From Paraspadella gotoi (lineage: Eukaryota; Animalia; Chaetognatha), in assembly GCA_051294375.1 (NCBI GenBank), contig CM119263.1, positions 15,165,374-15,229,373 on the forward strand: DNA of 64,000 bases. The letters run 5' to 3'. The position numbers and the translations under genes were made by a program. Numbering within the stretch: position 1 is the stretch's first letter; each line of letters begins with the position of its first letter. This document shows positions 21,961 to 36,200 of the stretch, in pieces. Below the pieces are notes generated by a model. That model was not told where the DNA came from. It worked only from the letters and a program-made list of their open reading frames with translations, and made no database searches.

Positions 21961-22445
21961 TACATTTTTTAAAAAAATTTTCTCATTATAAAAATTATAA
22001 TGATTATAAGATGAAAAACTTTAACCAAAAACAAAATCGATCTTTTAAAAAATTTTTAAATTATTTTTATCGATCGGCAATTCGTAACGAATAAAAAACT
22101 CGTAAGCGAAAAATCATTTATTTATTAGCCGATTTTAAAAACGTACGAGTTTGTTCGAGATGCAAAGAACTCTGGCGGATCCAAGTTAAACACAATTCAA
22201 CTGACACCGCCCTTTCAAGATTCTCTTCTCTCCCTCCCTCTCTGCTCTCCCATTTGTCTCATTCCTTTACTCTTCCCCCCCACAGTTTCTCACCCGCCGT
22301 TCATCTCCCCCTCACTAAATGTTTTAACCCTTCGACATCTACTCCATTATCAGTAACGATGAATCAGTGACGTTAATAATTCTCGCCTCGCGCCGACTCG
22401 CCAAAATGCTGAGCCGCAACCACCGACCGAATAACGCTTCTCTCT

Positions 22446-22492
<47 letters not shown>

Positions 22493-23322
22493 GTTTCGGT
22501 CTATTGCTCTGAGGAGTTGACAGTCTGTCCCTTGNNNNNNNNNNNNNNNNNNNNNNNNNGCCAGCTTTAACTCGGGCCTCGGATTGAAGTCGCCTCGCAA
22601 TCTCCCGCCATTGTTGTTGTCGTTGTCGTCGTCGTCGTTGTTTTTGAGGTTTTTCCTTCTGCGATTGGCTTCCTCCCGCCGCCCCCCACCCCCCCAAAGA
22701 ATTGCATCGACCAATGTTCCTCGAGGGTCAAATGTCCCCGGGTCAACGACATCAAAATTTCACATTATTTACAAATCAATTTTTCATAGATATCGAAGTA
22801 CGAATAAGTACAGAGTATAAATTAAAGTAGGTACGTATCGAAATGAGTCCGTGCCCTATATGTAATTTTTCTCCTGTAAAAATAAAAGTTAGAAACAAAA
22901 GGCAAAGCTCGTTCGTCGCCCGTTAATCTTATCATCTTCGCCCCTGAGTTGCTTCGTCCGCTTTCCGTTCGTTGCCTCTTCCTCTGTTCTTTGCCCTTTC
23001 GTTTTTTCTCCTTTAAATCGCTGGATTTAAATTTTTTTTACTTCGTGACGAGTGTCACTACAGCCTCACGTTTTGATCACGCTCACTCCTTTGAGTCTTC
23101 ACCATCAAGCGTCCCAATCAAAGCTTCTACATCGACACAATCCCCTCTCCCTTCCCCAGCAATGAATCGATCCCACCTCCCTCGCGCCCGACCTAAACTC
23201 TCCGCTCATAATCTCACCTCCATCCGACCTTACCCTCGCCAACCCTCCGCAAGTTTTATAGCCAGCCGAAATTTTAGGAAAAAAGATAATCCGTTTCTTT
23301 CTCGTCGGAAAGCCTCCATTAT

Positions 23323-23359
<37 letters not shown>

Positions 23360-26158
23360 CCCTCCCCTTCCCCTTTATAATAATAACTTTCTCGACTCCA
23401 TCGCCACATTTATTTTTAGTTCGAGAATATATAAACTTGGGACGGAACGTCCGAAAATCGCTTTTCGAATCTTCGCAGCTTTTTTGATCGAGTTATCGTG
23501 ACGCGTTATTTCCAAAATGAGGTTTGAACACAAAATTGTTTCCGTTTGTCCCTTCTACTGGTAATAATAATTGTTCAAAAATTTTATTTGTTATTATTAT
23601 TATTTCTTACATGACCCTCGTGCCCACCTTCTAAATCGTTATATTGAGCGCAGCGGACTAAATTCCTAAGGAAAAGTGAAAAAGGTTCCATGGCACGGCG
23701 CCAAAAAGAAAGAAGAGGATTTTCTTCTAAGGAATCCAGTCGTGCTGCTGTACTCAATGTTTTTCATCACAACTGTCGAAGTTGTTTTTATAAAGTTTTC
23801 CTTTTTCCATTTTTTTTTTACCATTTCCTCGTCACGTTTAATTCGTTTTCCTAATTTCTCCCTCACCGATCTCCGAAGAGAAAACTCGCTTCGACCTTCG
23901 AGAATTCTGCTTCATTTTTCTTCCTCCTTTCCTCCTTTTCTTTTCCTCTCTCGCCAGCGTGGTCGTTTCGCGTCGCCATCTCAAAAATAAATTTTGGTTA
24001 AGGGGTTTTTTTTTTATCCTCTCGGGCGTCCCTTAATGGAATCTTAACCCTAACTTTATAGAGATTCCTAGTTTAGCGGCTGTCATTCCTTGTTACCATA
24101 CCTGACTAGTTTTCTTTATAATCCTAAGTAACTGAAACATCAGACCGACAAAGAAATATATCGGTGCTTTAGGCTTTAGCCATTACTCGAGAATAACACA
24201 AAATTATTCTCCGGCGCAGCTTAGCCAACAAACTCTTAACATTTCTGAAACTCATTTTTTGTTTCTCTCTTCCCACGAACCCACCCAAAAAACAACACTC
24301 CCTGACTGTGGTCCACTCCCAAAAACGCCTACCCCCACCACTGGTGAAGACCGACCACACCGCGGGCTCCCGCTCCTTCTACCCTCGCCTTCCATTCCTC
24401 ACGCGCCCCGCTCCGGGTCTGATGATCATCAGAGTCTCTTAGGGTATTTTTTTCCCTCCTTCCACNNNNNNNNNNNNNNNNNNNNNNNNNNNNNNNNNNN
24501 NNNNNNNNNNNNNNNNNTCTTCTTTCACCGGAGGAATAATTTAATAATAATTAATAATAATTAAAATTTCTCGTCGCGTTTATTTTTTTCGATTCTCTTC
24601 TTTTCTCTTCTTCTTTCTCTTTTCAATTCTCTCTCGGTTTCGCCTTTCAATCTTCAATCCCAGTTTTTTTTTCTCTCTCTCTCTCTCCCTTTCTTTTCTT
24701 TTTTCTTCTGTTTTCTGTTTTCTTTTCTTTTCCGCTTCTCTGATTCTCCTTTCTTTAGTTTTTTCTTTTTTTTTCCTCAGGTGACAGGCATAAAATCTTC
24801 GGAGAGAAAACTAACCCTTCCGCGGATTTTGATGGGTTNNNNNNNNNNNNNNNNNNNNNNNNNNNNNNNNNNNNNNNNNNNNNNNNNNNNNNNNNNNNNN
24901 NNNNNNNNNNNNNNNNNNNNNNNNNNNNNNNNNNNNNNNNNNNNNNNNNNNNNNNNNNNNNNNNNNNNNNNNNNNNNNNNNNNNNNNNNNNNNNNNNNNN
25001 NNNNNNNNNNNNNNNNNNNNNNNNNNNNNNNNNNNNNNNNNNNNNNNNNNNNNNNNNNNNNNNNNNNNNNNNNNNNNNNNNNNNNNNNNNNNNNNNNNNN
25101 NNNNNNNNNNNNNNNNNNNNTTTCCGCGCTAACAATTCATGCGAGTCCAAGATATCTTTTAATTTTTCCCGCTCGAATCTCGTCAGGTCTTCATTCAACT
25201 TTTCGTTCGTCGCGTTTTTTTCGACCCGAATCGAATTCAAGAGGCTTCAATAATTCATCCCTCAATTTCTGCCAAGCCTCAGTTTATGAATTGCAAGGTT
25301 TCACCTTTGCAGTCTGCAATCTCGCTCGCTTTCGCTCGTCTCCAGTCTCTCTCGCTCTTTCTCTGTTTCTACTGCCGTAGATGCTCGAAACTTTATTCCT
25401 ATCTTGAACGTTGTTTTTATTTTGTTTGGAATTTCCCAATCTCCCTTTCCTAGTACATCCCGTCTTGCTTCCTTTCCTTCTTTCTCACATTCTCAGCTTT
25501 TCCCGATTTTTTTCTTTTTTCTTTTATTTTATTTCCTCAACGCGCTTTCTCTTATTTCCTTTTCCTTTTTTTTTTCTTTCCAACCGTCGTTTAAAGTTGA
25601 ATGAAAATGGAATGAAATTTTTCTGGAACCGAGGTTTCTTTTTTTCATCTTTTTTTTTTTATTTTCTTTTTTTCTCTCTCTCTCTCCCTTTATCCCACTT
25701 CTTTCCTCCTCGACAATTTGGGTTTTTAATGATGAGTCTTTTTCCCTTCTCTCGCTGATGGCTCTTCCGCCTCAATCCTTTTTTTCCTATTTTTTTCTTC
25801 TTCGTCTCAGTTTTTCTTTTTTTTTTCCTTTATTTTCACCCTCTCGTTTATTTCTTGTTGCTTTCTATTTCCTTTTTTACAGAGCGTTCTTCTCTTTCTT
25901 TACTTCTCAGATTCTCCTCTTTAGTGACATCAACGTATCATCCCGTTTTTCTCTTTTCTCTTAATTTTATCTTTACTGCTTCTTTACAACTTTTTTTTTC
26001 TCTGTATCTTTTTATTTTTCCTTTACTTTTTTTAGAAATACTTCCTTCGCTCTCAGACTTCCATCAAATTCTCTCTTTTCCCCACGGAGGCTAATTTGCA
26101 TATTCTCCTACTCGGGCGCGGTTTTTTTTTTCCTAGTGGATTGACCGAGTCCTCTTGT

Positions 26159-26256
<98 letters not shown>

Positions 26257-27544
26257 TCTCTCTCTCTCATTTGCATATTTGACAAATCTCGATTTCTATC
26301 TTGATGAAGTGGGTGGAATTCGCTACTGGCTCCCTCTTCTTGCACACCTGTCTTTAACCATCAAAGAAATCGGTTTAAAAATGTAAATTAGTTTGTTTTT
26401 CTTCAAAAATACTTTTTCTGACAACTTCGATGTACGGAATCTCTTCCTGAACTGTTTTAAATTTATATGCAAGTCGTTTTAAATTTGTAAGAATACCGCA
26501 TTCTTTTTCGTCGCATAAAAATATTGTGAATTTTTATTGTAGTTCTCACTAATTCAGAATCATAATTTAATTAATTATTCCAACTAAATTTCTGCCTTTG
26601 CGAATTCCATTAGCAACAACTAAACGTCAGAGTGTCGTTCGCAATTTTCGCCGTCTTTAGCCTTTCCCGGCGTCAAAGGTCACCTAATATGATTTGTTTG
26701 AAGGGAAAAAAAACGCAGCCGAGGGAATTTGTTCGTGACTGCGAAGAAAGTGAAATCCTGCACGTGCAACTCCATATTTACGCGTGCAGTTGCAGCTCGC
26801 CATAATTCAGCGCATGCGAGCACGTGCACCTAGTACTTGCGCGCGCGGAAAGGGCGGGTCTTTGGCGCGCGAATCGAAGNNNNNNNNNNNNNNNNNNNNN
26901 NNNNNNNNNNNNNNNNNNNNNNNNNNNNNNNNNNNNNNNNNNNNNNNNNNNNNNNNNNNNNNNNNNNNNNNNNNNNAGAGAGAGAGAGAGAGAGAGAGTT
27001 TCAAGGTTCGCGCTCCATGGCAACGGGGGGAATGGAGCTTCTAAGCCTGAAAAGCTCGCGAGGTTTAGATTCTGAGGGTCAAGACGTCGAAATACGAAGA
27101 CCTGAGGAAGCGTCAATGCATGTGATTTTATTAATCATTACGTCTAGCGAATTACAAATATTAAGTTTTCTATTGAAGTAATTCGAAAAAAAATCATTAT
27201 CGAGCATGTAATAAAAGGCTAAATTAAAGAGATTTCATGCTAACCTGTGTCGGAGAAGTATTTATTGGATGCTTATTAAAAAAAATTTCATTTTTCGTGA
27301 TTTTTAACTAAATTATAATATAATTTGGGAGGAGTTAGCTAAACGATTTTTGGATAAGTTAATATCCATTAAGATTTTCTCATTTTCTCGCTCCGAAGAA
27401 AAGAGGCTACATTAAGAAGACATATTGGAAGTCGTTATATTTGTAAAAGTGATAGATGGCCCCAGTAACGATTCACCCTCCAATTATCATACTTAAAGTT
27501 ATGAAGGAATAAAAAAAACTAGTTGGAGAGGAGAAAAAAAAGGT

Positions 27545-27586
<42 letters not shown>

Positions 27587-28084
27587 TGCAAAATTGGTTC
27601 AATAACCACAATCGCGGCGGACATAACTTTTTATAACTTCCCCCCATCAGACTCATTTAGACTCCTTTTATTGCCTTTTATGATAGGGGTGGCGAGCAGA
27701 TTGAGAGCACGAGAGATAGAGGGACAGAAAGTCGGAAAATGAGAAAGGTTAGGACAGACAGAGACGTTGAAATAAACAGAAAATGGAGAAAAATACATAA
27801 AGACAGCGTAGGCTTACGCAGAATCGAATCCCTTGATGGAAATGTTTTTCATAAGCTTTATCTAGTAGNNNNNNNNNNNNNNNNNNNNNNNNNNNNNNNN
27901 NNNNNNNNNNNNNNNNNNNNNNNNNNNNNNNNNNNNNNNNNNNNNNNNNNNNNNNNNNNNNNNNNNNNNNNNNNNNNNNNNNNNNNNNNNNNNNNNNNNN
28001 NNNNNNNNNNNNNNNNNNNNNNNNNNNNNNNNNNNTTTCTTTCAGCTTCACCCCTTCACTCTCTCTCACTTCCTGTTCAGTACC

Positions 28085-28160
28085 GGGGCGGGCAGATCTC
28101 TTTGCCGGTAAAAGCTTTACTTTCCGGTTGTAAGCTTTTATGACGTCACGGCGGCCATTA
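28085..28160. promoter_or_regulatory. Promoter-like motif cluster
   Basis: GGGGCGGG (GC box), TTCCGGT (ETS-like), TGACGTCA (CRE) and GCGGCCAT (YY1-like) within 76 bp. No linked gene identified. Confidence 0.25.
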
Positions 28161-28354
28161 AAAACGTTTTCATTACGCGAATCTTTCTTTAAACCTTTTC
28201 TTTATATTCGAAATGCAATTTCAAAACGATCCTTCGAATAATCATTCCTTTCGCTCGTTTGTACCTGACGTTATCTCGGGAACTGAAAAAGAAAATGTGG
28301 GTTCGTGCCGATTTTATTTTCGCTTAGAAATAAGTCTCAGTCGACAGCGTCATG

Positions 28355-28459
<105 letters not shown>

Positions 28460-29180
28460 GTTCTAATCTCAAACGCCACCGGAGACAACCGCGACAAAAC
28501 GGAAAGAGATGATGACGCTGACAAACTGCAGTAAAACAACTGCTCCTTTAATCTCCACAAGATGATCATCCGCAGGAGATCTTGACGGTTAAAACTGCAA
28601 AACAACAGGAAAGAAATATTCTAACTGAAAATATATTTTTATCAGGGAGGCAACCTCGTTGAGTAACAACCTGTTGAGATATCCTTAGCATAATACATCG
28701 ACTTAAAAGAGGAGAATAGAAATTATCTGATAAGAAATCAATAACACACGATTATCGAATCTACGACAGCTTTTGAGACTTGCCTCATTTTCTTATCTTA
28801 CCCTTTTTCTTTTTAATTTTCTCTCCCTCCTTATCTTTTATCTATTCCCTCTTCTCCCTATCTCTCTTTTCCCCTCTCCCTAGTCCTTAACCACGCCCCC
28901 TACGAACCGATTCGTCGTTTCGAATTGATGAAAAAATTAGATCAAAGGACTCGGAGAAAAAGAAAGACGCTCTTCCCTGACGTCTTGCGGTCGTTATTTC
29001 CCCGGACAACGTTTTTCCTTCCCCCCCCCCTTTTTTTTTCTTTTCCTCCTTTTTTTAAATTTCTTTCTTTTTTTTCTTTCGCTCATTTCGGAAGTAAACA
29101 AACGAGCGGACGGGAGGGTTTGATCAAAGTTGAGATTCGCTCATCGATCAAATGAGTGGACGACCGGAGAGAGAAGGTAA

Positions 29181-29237
<57 letters not shown>

Positions 29238-32200
29238 CTCGCTCTCTCTCTCTCTCTCTCTCCGGCGATTGAAAAGAGAGAGAGAGGAGGTACAAGTTCT
29301 CCCCCCACCGCGACCTGCGAAGGATGCAGTCGACTTTGATACATCGTCAAGAGGAAGATTGATGTCGAGTAAATACCGCGTGACCTTCCTTCTTTCTCTC
29401 CCGTGTGAAGCCGCGAGTTGGGTGTAAACAAAAGGGACGTGATAGACTTGAATATTTTTTTTTATTCAGTTACTTTACAGTAATTTAAAAGAAATGAGTC
29501 TCATTGCTCAATGTATTTCTTTTTAATCAAGCAGTATATTCCATTTTTCAATTCTACATAAAATTAAAATGCATTTTTCCTCGTGAATAATTGTCACCTG
29601 AGACGACGACATCCATGAGGAAATGTTTCACCGATGNNNNNNNNNNNNNNNNNNNNNNNNNNNNNNNNNNNNNNNNNNNNNNNNNNNNNNNNNNNNNNNN
29701 NNNNNNNNNNNNNNNNNNNNNNNNNNNNNNNNNNNNNNNNNNNNNNNNNNNNNNNNNNNNNNNNNNNNNNNNNNNNNNNNNNNNNNNNNNNNNNNNNNNN
29801 NNNNNNNNNNNNNNNNNNNNNNNNNNNNNNNNNNNNNNNNNNTATTTACTTGGGAGTTGGGACGATTTTCCTACATTTTTTGCGGTTTTTATTAAATCGT
29901 CAGAAGCACAAACCAATAAAATTGGTGCGTAAACATTTTCCTCGTCTTTGATCGCTCCAGTTTTCTCTTATTTCGTAACGCAGACGAAAGCCGTTTTTTA
30001 AAAAAAAGCTTTGTTTGGGTTTAGCCGGTTTTAATGCGATAAAAACACGCGATGGTCTCGATATAAAAAAACGGACAGATTCGAATTATTGAGGTTTGAA
30101 AAAAAAAAACAGCAAAAAAAATTTTAAATTTGAAAGAAAAAAAAGTGAGAGTTGACGTGAGGGGTTCTGGGCGCACGAGATAGAGCGTTAAAACCTTTTT
30201 TTATTCATTCACGTGGCTTCCGTTTCACTCGTTAATTCAATCACGTTCCAATTTTTGTTTCCTTCTCTCTCTCTCTCTCTAACTCACCTTTATTTCATTA
30301 TTATTTATTTCTGTCGACGGCTTCTCTATATATTGATAAGTTTGCATTTTTACCTGTCGTATGAAAATAAATGAAAAAAATCTAAAATGAAATTCGAACT
30401 TTACGGAACTCGGTGAAAATAAAATTTTGTTGTTAGTGAAGCTACAATAAAATGAAAATTAATTTTCCATTAAATCTTTGACTTCTAAAATTTTTGAGCC
30501 AGTTCGCTGAATGTCAAAAATCGCGACTTAAAAAATGACTCACGTTGTTGAGTGTCTTGTTTTGGAGGAGATCTAATGGTTTGGTGACATGTATTATTTG
30601 GATAACGTAATATATTTTCTATACACTCTCTTAATTTGGTTTATAATGGTTTGAATTATTCTCTAATTATTATCACATTTTTAACGATTGAATAAAAACA
30701 GGAGGGACCGAACAAGTCCTAATTGAGTTTTCAACCATTGGTTACATGCTACTTCTGAACTCATATTTGTACTGCGAAAAAAAGGCTTCTTTATTATGAA
30801 AATCTTTTTTTATAAAATCTAATCAAAACCGCTCAATTATTCGTCGGTAGTTTAGCTTTTGAATTAATAAATAAAACGGGAATTAATGACCTTTACGAGA
30901 GTCAACAAGGAAATTAATCAGAGGATGAGGAGAAGAAAGAAAACAACGATAACACTCAATAGCATCAAAATGAAAGGGAAAAAATCGGCTGCAATGTAGA
31001 TGAGAGAGAGAAAAAGGGAGAGAGAGAGAGACGAGAGATACTGAGAGAGATGAGATGACGAGAGAGATGATATGGAGAGAACGAGAGAAAGAGAGAGGAG
31101 AGCAGAGAAGAANNNNNNNNNNNNNNNNNNNNNNNNNAGAGAGAGAGAACTTTGAACATTGAACATTTATCTGAGTGAGCTTTAGGCACTAAGAGAGAGT
31201 GAGAGAGAGTAAAAAAAATATGTGGACTTTTTTCTCAGTCGGACCGGAACACTTTTGCCATTTTCGGTGACTGTGATACAACCTCCTTCCCCCACGCCCA
31301 TTTGCTTTCCCATACGGTATCCTCCAACTCTTCGTCTTCCTCCTCCTCCTCCTCCTCCTCTTCCTCCTGAACATCGTTCCGCTCTCCGATTTGAAACTGA
31401 AATTTCCGTTGAAGCCACAATTAACTTCAAAATAAGGTGAGGACTCATGAAGAGGAGGAGAAGAAAGAGGAGGATGATGATGACGACGATGACAACGACG
31501 ATGACGAAAAAAAAAGGAGGTGAGAGGCCGAGGAAGGGTTCCCCATTTGTCACGCACGAAACTCGGAAAAAATTGTTTTGAAAAAAAAAATATTTTGACC
31601 AAAAAGGGGAAAAAATATTTTTTTTTTTCTGGGAGGGACATAAAATGCAATGGCTTTTTAAGTTATAACTTGCTATAAACTTGAGAATTAGAATAGCGGA
31701 TTTAAATTGTGAGATAAATACTTTTATCCAGTTTTGTGTGTTTTGGAAAGACTCTTTGTTTAGGACTCTTACACTCTGACACTCCGTTTCTCTCTTCTTC
31801 TCTTTTCTTTCATAAAAAAAAAGAGAAAGTTTTTCTGCACCCCGCATGATTTCTGTAATCGCACGAAAGTCCAGGGAGATGCGGATTACGGATCCCCAGC
31901 TTGATGAATCGATGTCAAACTGCGGTGTACAAAAAAAAAGTCACGTAAAAAAAAAATTGACGAAACCAAAAAAAAAACGGAGGGAAAATCTCTGTTTTTT
32001 GGGCCAAAGGAGCGAGGAACCCCCCTGCGGGTTTCCGCCAACAAAAAAGACGAATCTCGCTTCGCCACTAAAATAACACAGAGAGAAAAAAAAAACTAAT
32101 GTAGAATGAAATAACACCCAGAGAAAAATGTGGGATAAAATAACACTATGAGAAAAGAAAATTTGGAGTAAAAGGACACCAAGAAAATAATGTAGTGTAA

Positions 32201-33211
32201 AATAAATCTTTCGAACAAAAATACGAAATAAAAGTAGACCAAACACGAAAACACGTGAACAAAGAGACATAAAAGGAGAAATAAAATTTGAAGTAAAAAG
32301 AAATTATTAATGAAACTAAAGAGAAACAATTTATTGTACGAAGAATGAAATGAGAAGTAAAGAAAAAAAAATTTATATACACAATCCAAGTGATACCGAA
32401 AGGGTAGACAATAAATAGGAAATAAAATCACTGCTCCAAAATAAAAAAGACATAAAAAACATTAATGTTGTCTNNNNNNNNNNNNNNNNNNNNNNNNNNN
32501 NNNNNNNNNNNNNNNNNNNNNNNNNNNNNNNNNNNNNNNNNNNNNNNNNNNNNNNNNNNNNNNNNNNNNNNNNNNNNNNNNNNNNNNNNNNNNNNNNNNN
32601 NNNNNNNNNNNNNNNNNNNNNNNNNNNNNNNNNNNNNNNNNNNNNNNNNNNNNNNNNNNNNNNNNNNNNNNNNNNNNNNNNNNNNNNNNNNNNNNNNNNN
32701 NNNNNNNNNNNNNNNNNNNNNNNNNNNNNNNNNNNNNNNNNNNNNNNNNNNNNNNNNNNNNNNNNNNNNNNNNNNNNNNNNNNNNNNNNNNNNNNNNNNN
32801 NNNNNNNNNNNNNNNNNNNNNNNNNNNNNNNNNNNNNNNNNNNNNNNNNNNNNNNNNNNNNNNNNNNNNNNNNNNNNNNNNNNNNNNNNNNNNNNNNNNN
32901 NNNNNNNNNNNNNNNNNNNNNNNNNNNNNNNNNNNNNNNNNNNNNNNNNNNNNNNNNNNNNNNNNNNNNNNNNNNNNNNNNNNNNNNNNNNNNNNNNNNN
33001 NNNNNNNNNNNNNNNNNNNNNNNNNNNNNNNNNNNNNNNNNNNNNNNNNNNNNNNNNNNNNNNNNNNNNNNNNNNNNNNNNNNNNNNNNNNNNNNNNNNN
33101 NNNNNNNNNNNNNNNNNNNNNNNNNNNNNNNNNNNNNNNNNNNNNNNNNNNNNNNNNNNNNNNNNNNNNNNNNNNNNNNNNNNNNNNNNNNNNNNNNNNN
33201 NNNNNNNNNNN

Positions 33212-35320
33212 CTGATTTTTTTTTTAATGGAATTTTAGGGGAAGATAACTGAAAAGCGAGAATAGGAATATAGCGTGGCATGGCATGGCATGGCCTCGTC
33301 TCGTTCAATTGCCACAATAGAAATAAATATTCTCGTGGTAAATTTAAATTAAGCCTAAGCGAGTCGCCAAATCCGTTCTATGTATGCCGATGACAATCAG
33401 ATTACATTGCCATGCAACGCCAAGGAATGGCAATAATCTGTCTAACGCCCTGGATTGAAAATGGCTCCACATCGTAAAACGTCACCCCTGCGGTTTTAAA
33501 AACGCTGGCGTCCGAACCCGAAACGAGACCGTCACAGGCCCAAACCTGACGCGACGACGACGACAACGACGACGACCCGGCATAAAAACTGAGAGACAAA
33601 TGAGTGGCGTTATCTACCACGACGGGGCCGTCGCGCCGCGTCGGCCGGCGTCGGCCGGCGTCGCTCGGCGCCCGTCGGCGTCGTCGTCTTCGATATTTGA
33701 TATTTATGAGTTTCCCGCCCAAAGAAGAGATATCAGTTTTTCTTTGCTTCTTCTTTTCTCTTCGCTTCGTTTCTTTCATCGAAACCAAAAAGGAGAAAAA
33801 AAAATAATGCTATTGTTGTTGTCCTTTTGAATCTGATATAAATTAATTTTTTTCCGCATATACTTTACTGCATTTCGCCTTTTTTTTTCGGTCGCGTGCG
33901 TCGGTTTAAAACATAGAATCGAGATGGAAAGTAAAGATTCCCACCGGCTTCGCGGCGCTGAGGACGTAGTCACGGATGATATGATCTTGGATGGAAATGA
34001 AACGGATGGAATGCAGTTTAATGGTACGCATTCGGATGGCATAATGAAGGCGAATTAATTTCCTTGGCGGTTTATCGTTTACGTAACCTTAGAGACTAAC
34101 CTCATTGGTTAAATGTAAAAAAATTGACCATGTACAAAACAGAAATCCGTGCAAACTGCTCAAATCAGACAAGGTTAGCTATTAGAAAAAAGGTGGATGG
34201 TATTTCTCTGAGACTTAACTCGCATAATAGAGTTTGACATAAATGACAAAGAGAGAATTAGGGCGGATGACTACTTCCCGGACGCCAATGACGCAGATGT
34301 CATGCGTCCAAGTGTTTATCTCACCTAACCCAATCGATAACCGGTTTTTGTGTCCCAAGACTGTCCTCCACGAATGTTGTTTTTTTTAGTATCTTTGTCC
34401 TTNNNNNNNNNNATTTTCTTTGCTTTTTCTTGGCCTTTTTTCCCTTTAGTCCCTCAAGTGACTTTGTTTATTTCCTCATTTTCTTCCGCGTTTCCTTCTT
34501 TCGCTCGTTTCTTTGTTTTTACAAAATACAAAGCCTTTCAAAAATGCAGAATCATAACCGAGAAGTTTCCTGGAAGCCAGTTGTGCCTCGTTGGACGACG
34601 ACGACCACGACGACGACGACGCCGCGATAACGACATGAACGTCACCAACGACAACGTCGACGACGACGATGTCGAAAAGCGGCGCTGTTATGACAACCGG
34701 CGTCGAAAAAAAAAAGACAAACAAGCACTAAATCATGGCTGAAAAAGGGTAGTAAAAAGGGATGATAGTTGGTGGAAAGAATAAGTAAAAGGCGATGAAG
34801 TACAACTACTATTTTACTTACGAATTAAAAAAAAATTTGTTCCTTCCTCTTTGCTTTTCATTGTTTAGATTGTCTTCGCTGCCCAGCTTAAATTTTGACT
34901 TGTTTCCTACTAAGCATCATGAAACCGAATATATAATCTTTCCGAGGTCACAACGTCATCGCACCCCAGCGCCATCGGCGGCTCAAACCAAAGAAAGACC
35001 CTTCCCCTTTCGGTCTCCCCGCGTCGCGCCCGTCGATCGTAAATTTCTCTTGTTTCACTTTTAAGGTTAAAGACTAACTTTTTAAGACTAAGACTTTTAA
35101 GTTTTTACGAGGAGCAACTTTGGCTTCGCTTCCCTCGAGCCTGGGATTCCGGGCACTGGATTTCCTTCCACACACCCCGATTGCTCTCTTGTTTGGTTTA
35201 ATTGCTTGTTTGTTTTAACTTCTTATTAGCGGTCAACGTTTCGTCGTCGCGACATTCGTTGAGAAAATACGAGGATCACAAGCGATATTTTCTCAGGGAC
35301 GAAAGCTGTTCGCAGCGGGA

Positions 35321-35352
<32 letters not shown>

Positions 35353-36158
35353 GGGCGGCGGCGGCGAATCTTGAAAGATAAGTCGCCCTTGGGGCAGACA
35401 ACAATACCGGGTTAAGCGGTAAGTTAAGGATGAGGCGGAGCAGCAGGAGTAAGAGGAGACGGGAGGAGAATACGGTCAAACGAAGGGGCAGGACTAGATT
35501 CACTTCAAAGATTTTTTAATAAGCTCTCGAGGACAAAAGGATTTACATCACTGAAAACTACTAGAAAAACTTGAATAAAGATCAGAGAAACAGTTTAAAA
35601 CGAGTCCGTCTGAATCAACTAAACCTTAGTTTAATTTTCTCAGTTAAATCTGTCGTTGTGCCTGTCAGAAAGATCTGATCGCTTTGAAACAGTAAAAAAA
35701 AAAATTGAAATAATTTTTTTTTCTCGGAATTAAAACTGAATGAATTAATTTCTAAAAAAAAAAAAAAAATTCGATAAAAGTTTCGAATTCAAAATCGAAA
35801 TCGCGGAAAAAACAGGAAGAATAATTTTTTTAGGCAGAAGATGGAACATCCGCTGATTCCGCTCTCATGTTTTCGAATCATAGAAATTTTCTCTCGCCTC
35901 TTCCGCCCCGTACTACACTTATCCTCTCTCTCATCATCCCACTTCTCTCCTTCTGTCTCTCCTTACCGATCCCGAACCTCTTCTTTACTTACCCTTCGAC
36001 CACCCCACCCTCCCCCTCTCCAATCCTGCTTTCGCCACCCCCATTCCGCGCGCCCCCCCCAACCCGAAGCATCACTCCGATTTCCTGTCACTTCATATTT
36101 CAAGAATCTTTTCGCGAGCGAAATGAATTGGTGATTAACACCTGGATTTTATTTTTCA

Positions 36159-36200
<42 letters not shown>

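Noticed and set aside
22324-24055. TTAACCCT piggyBac-like ends
   Set aside because: No matching inverted AGGGTTAA end found.
31182-31847. 221-aa ORF with an apparent transmembrane segment
   Set aside because: The hydrophobic stretch is the antisense of GAT/GAC/GAG triplet repeats; the rest is low complexity.
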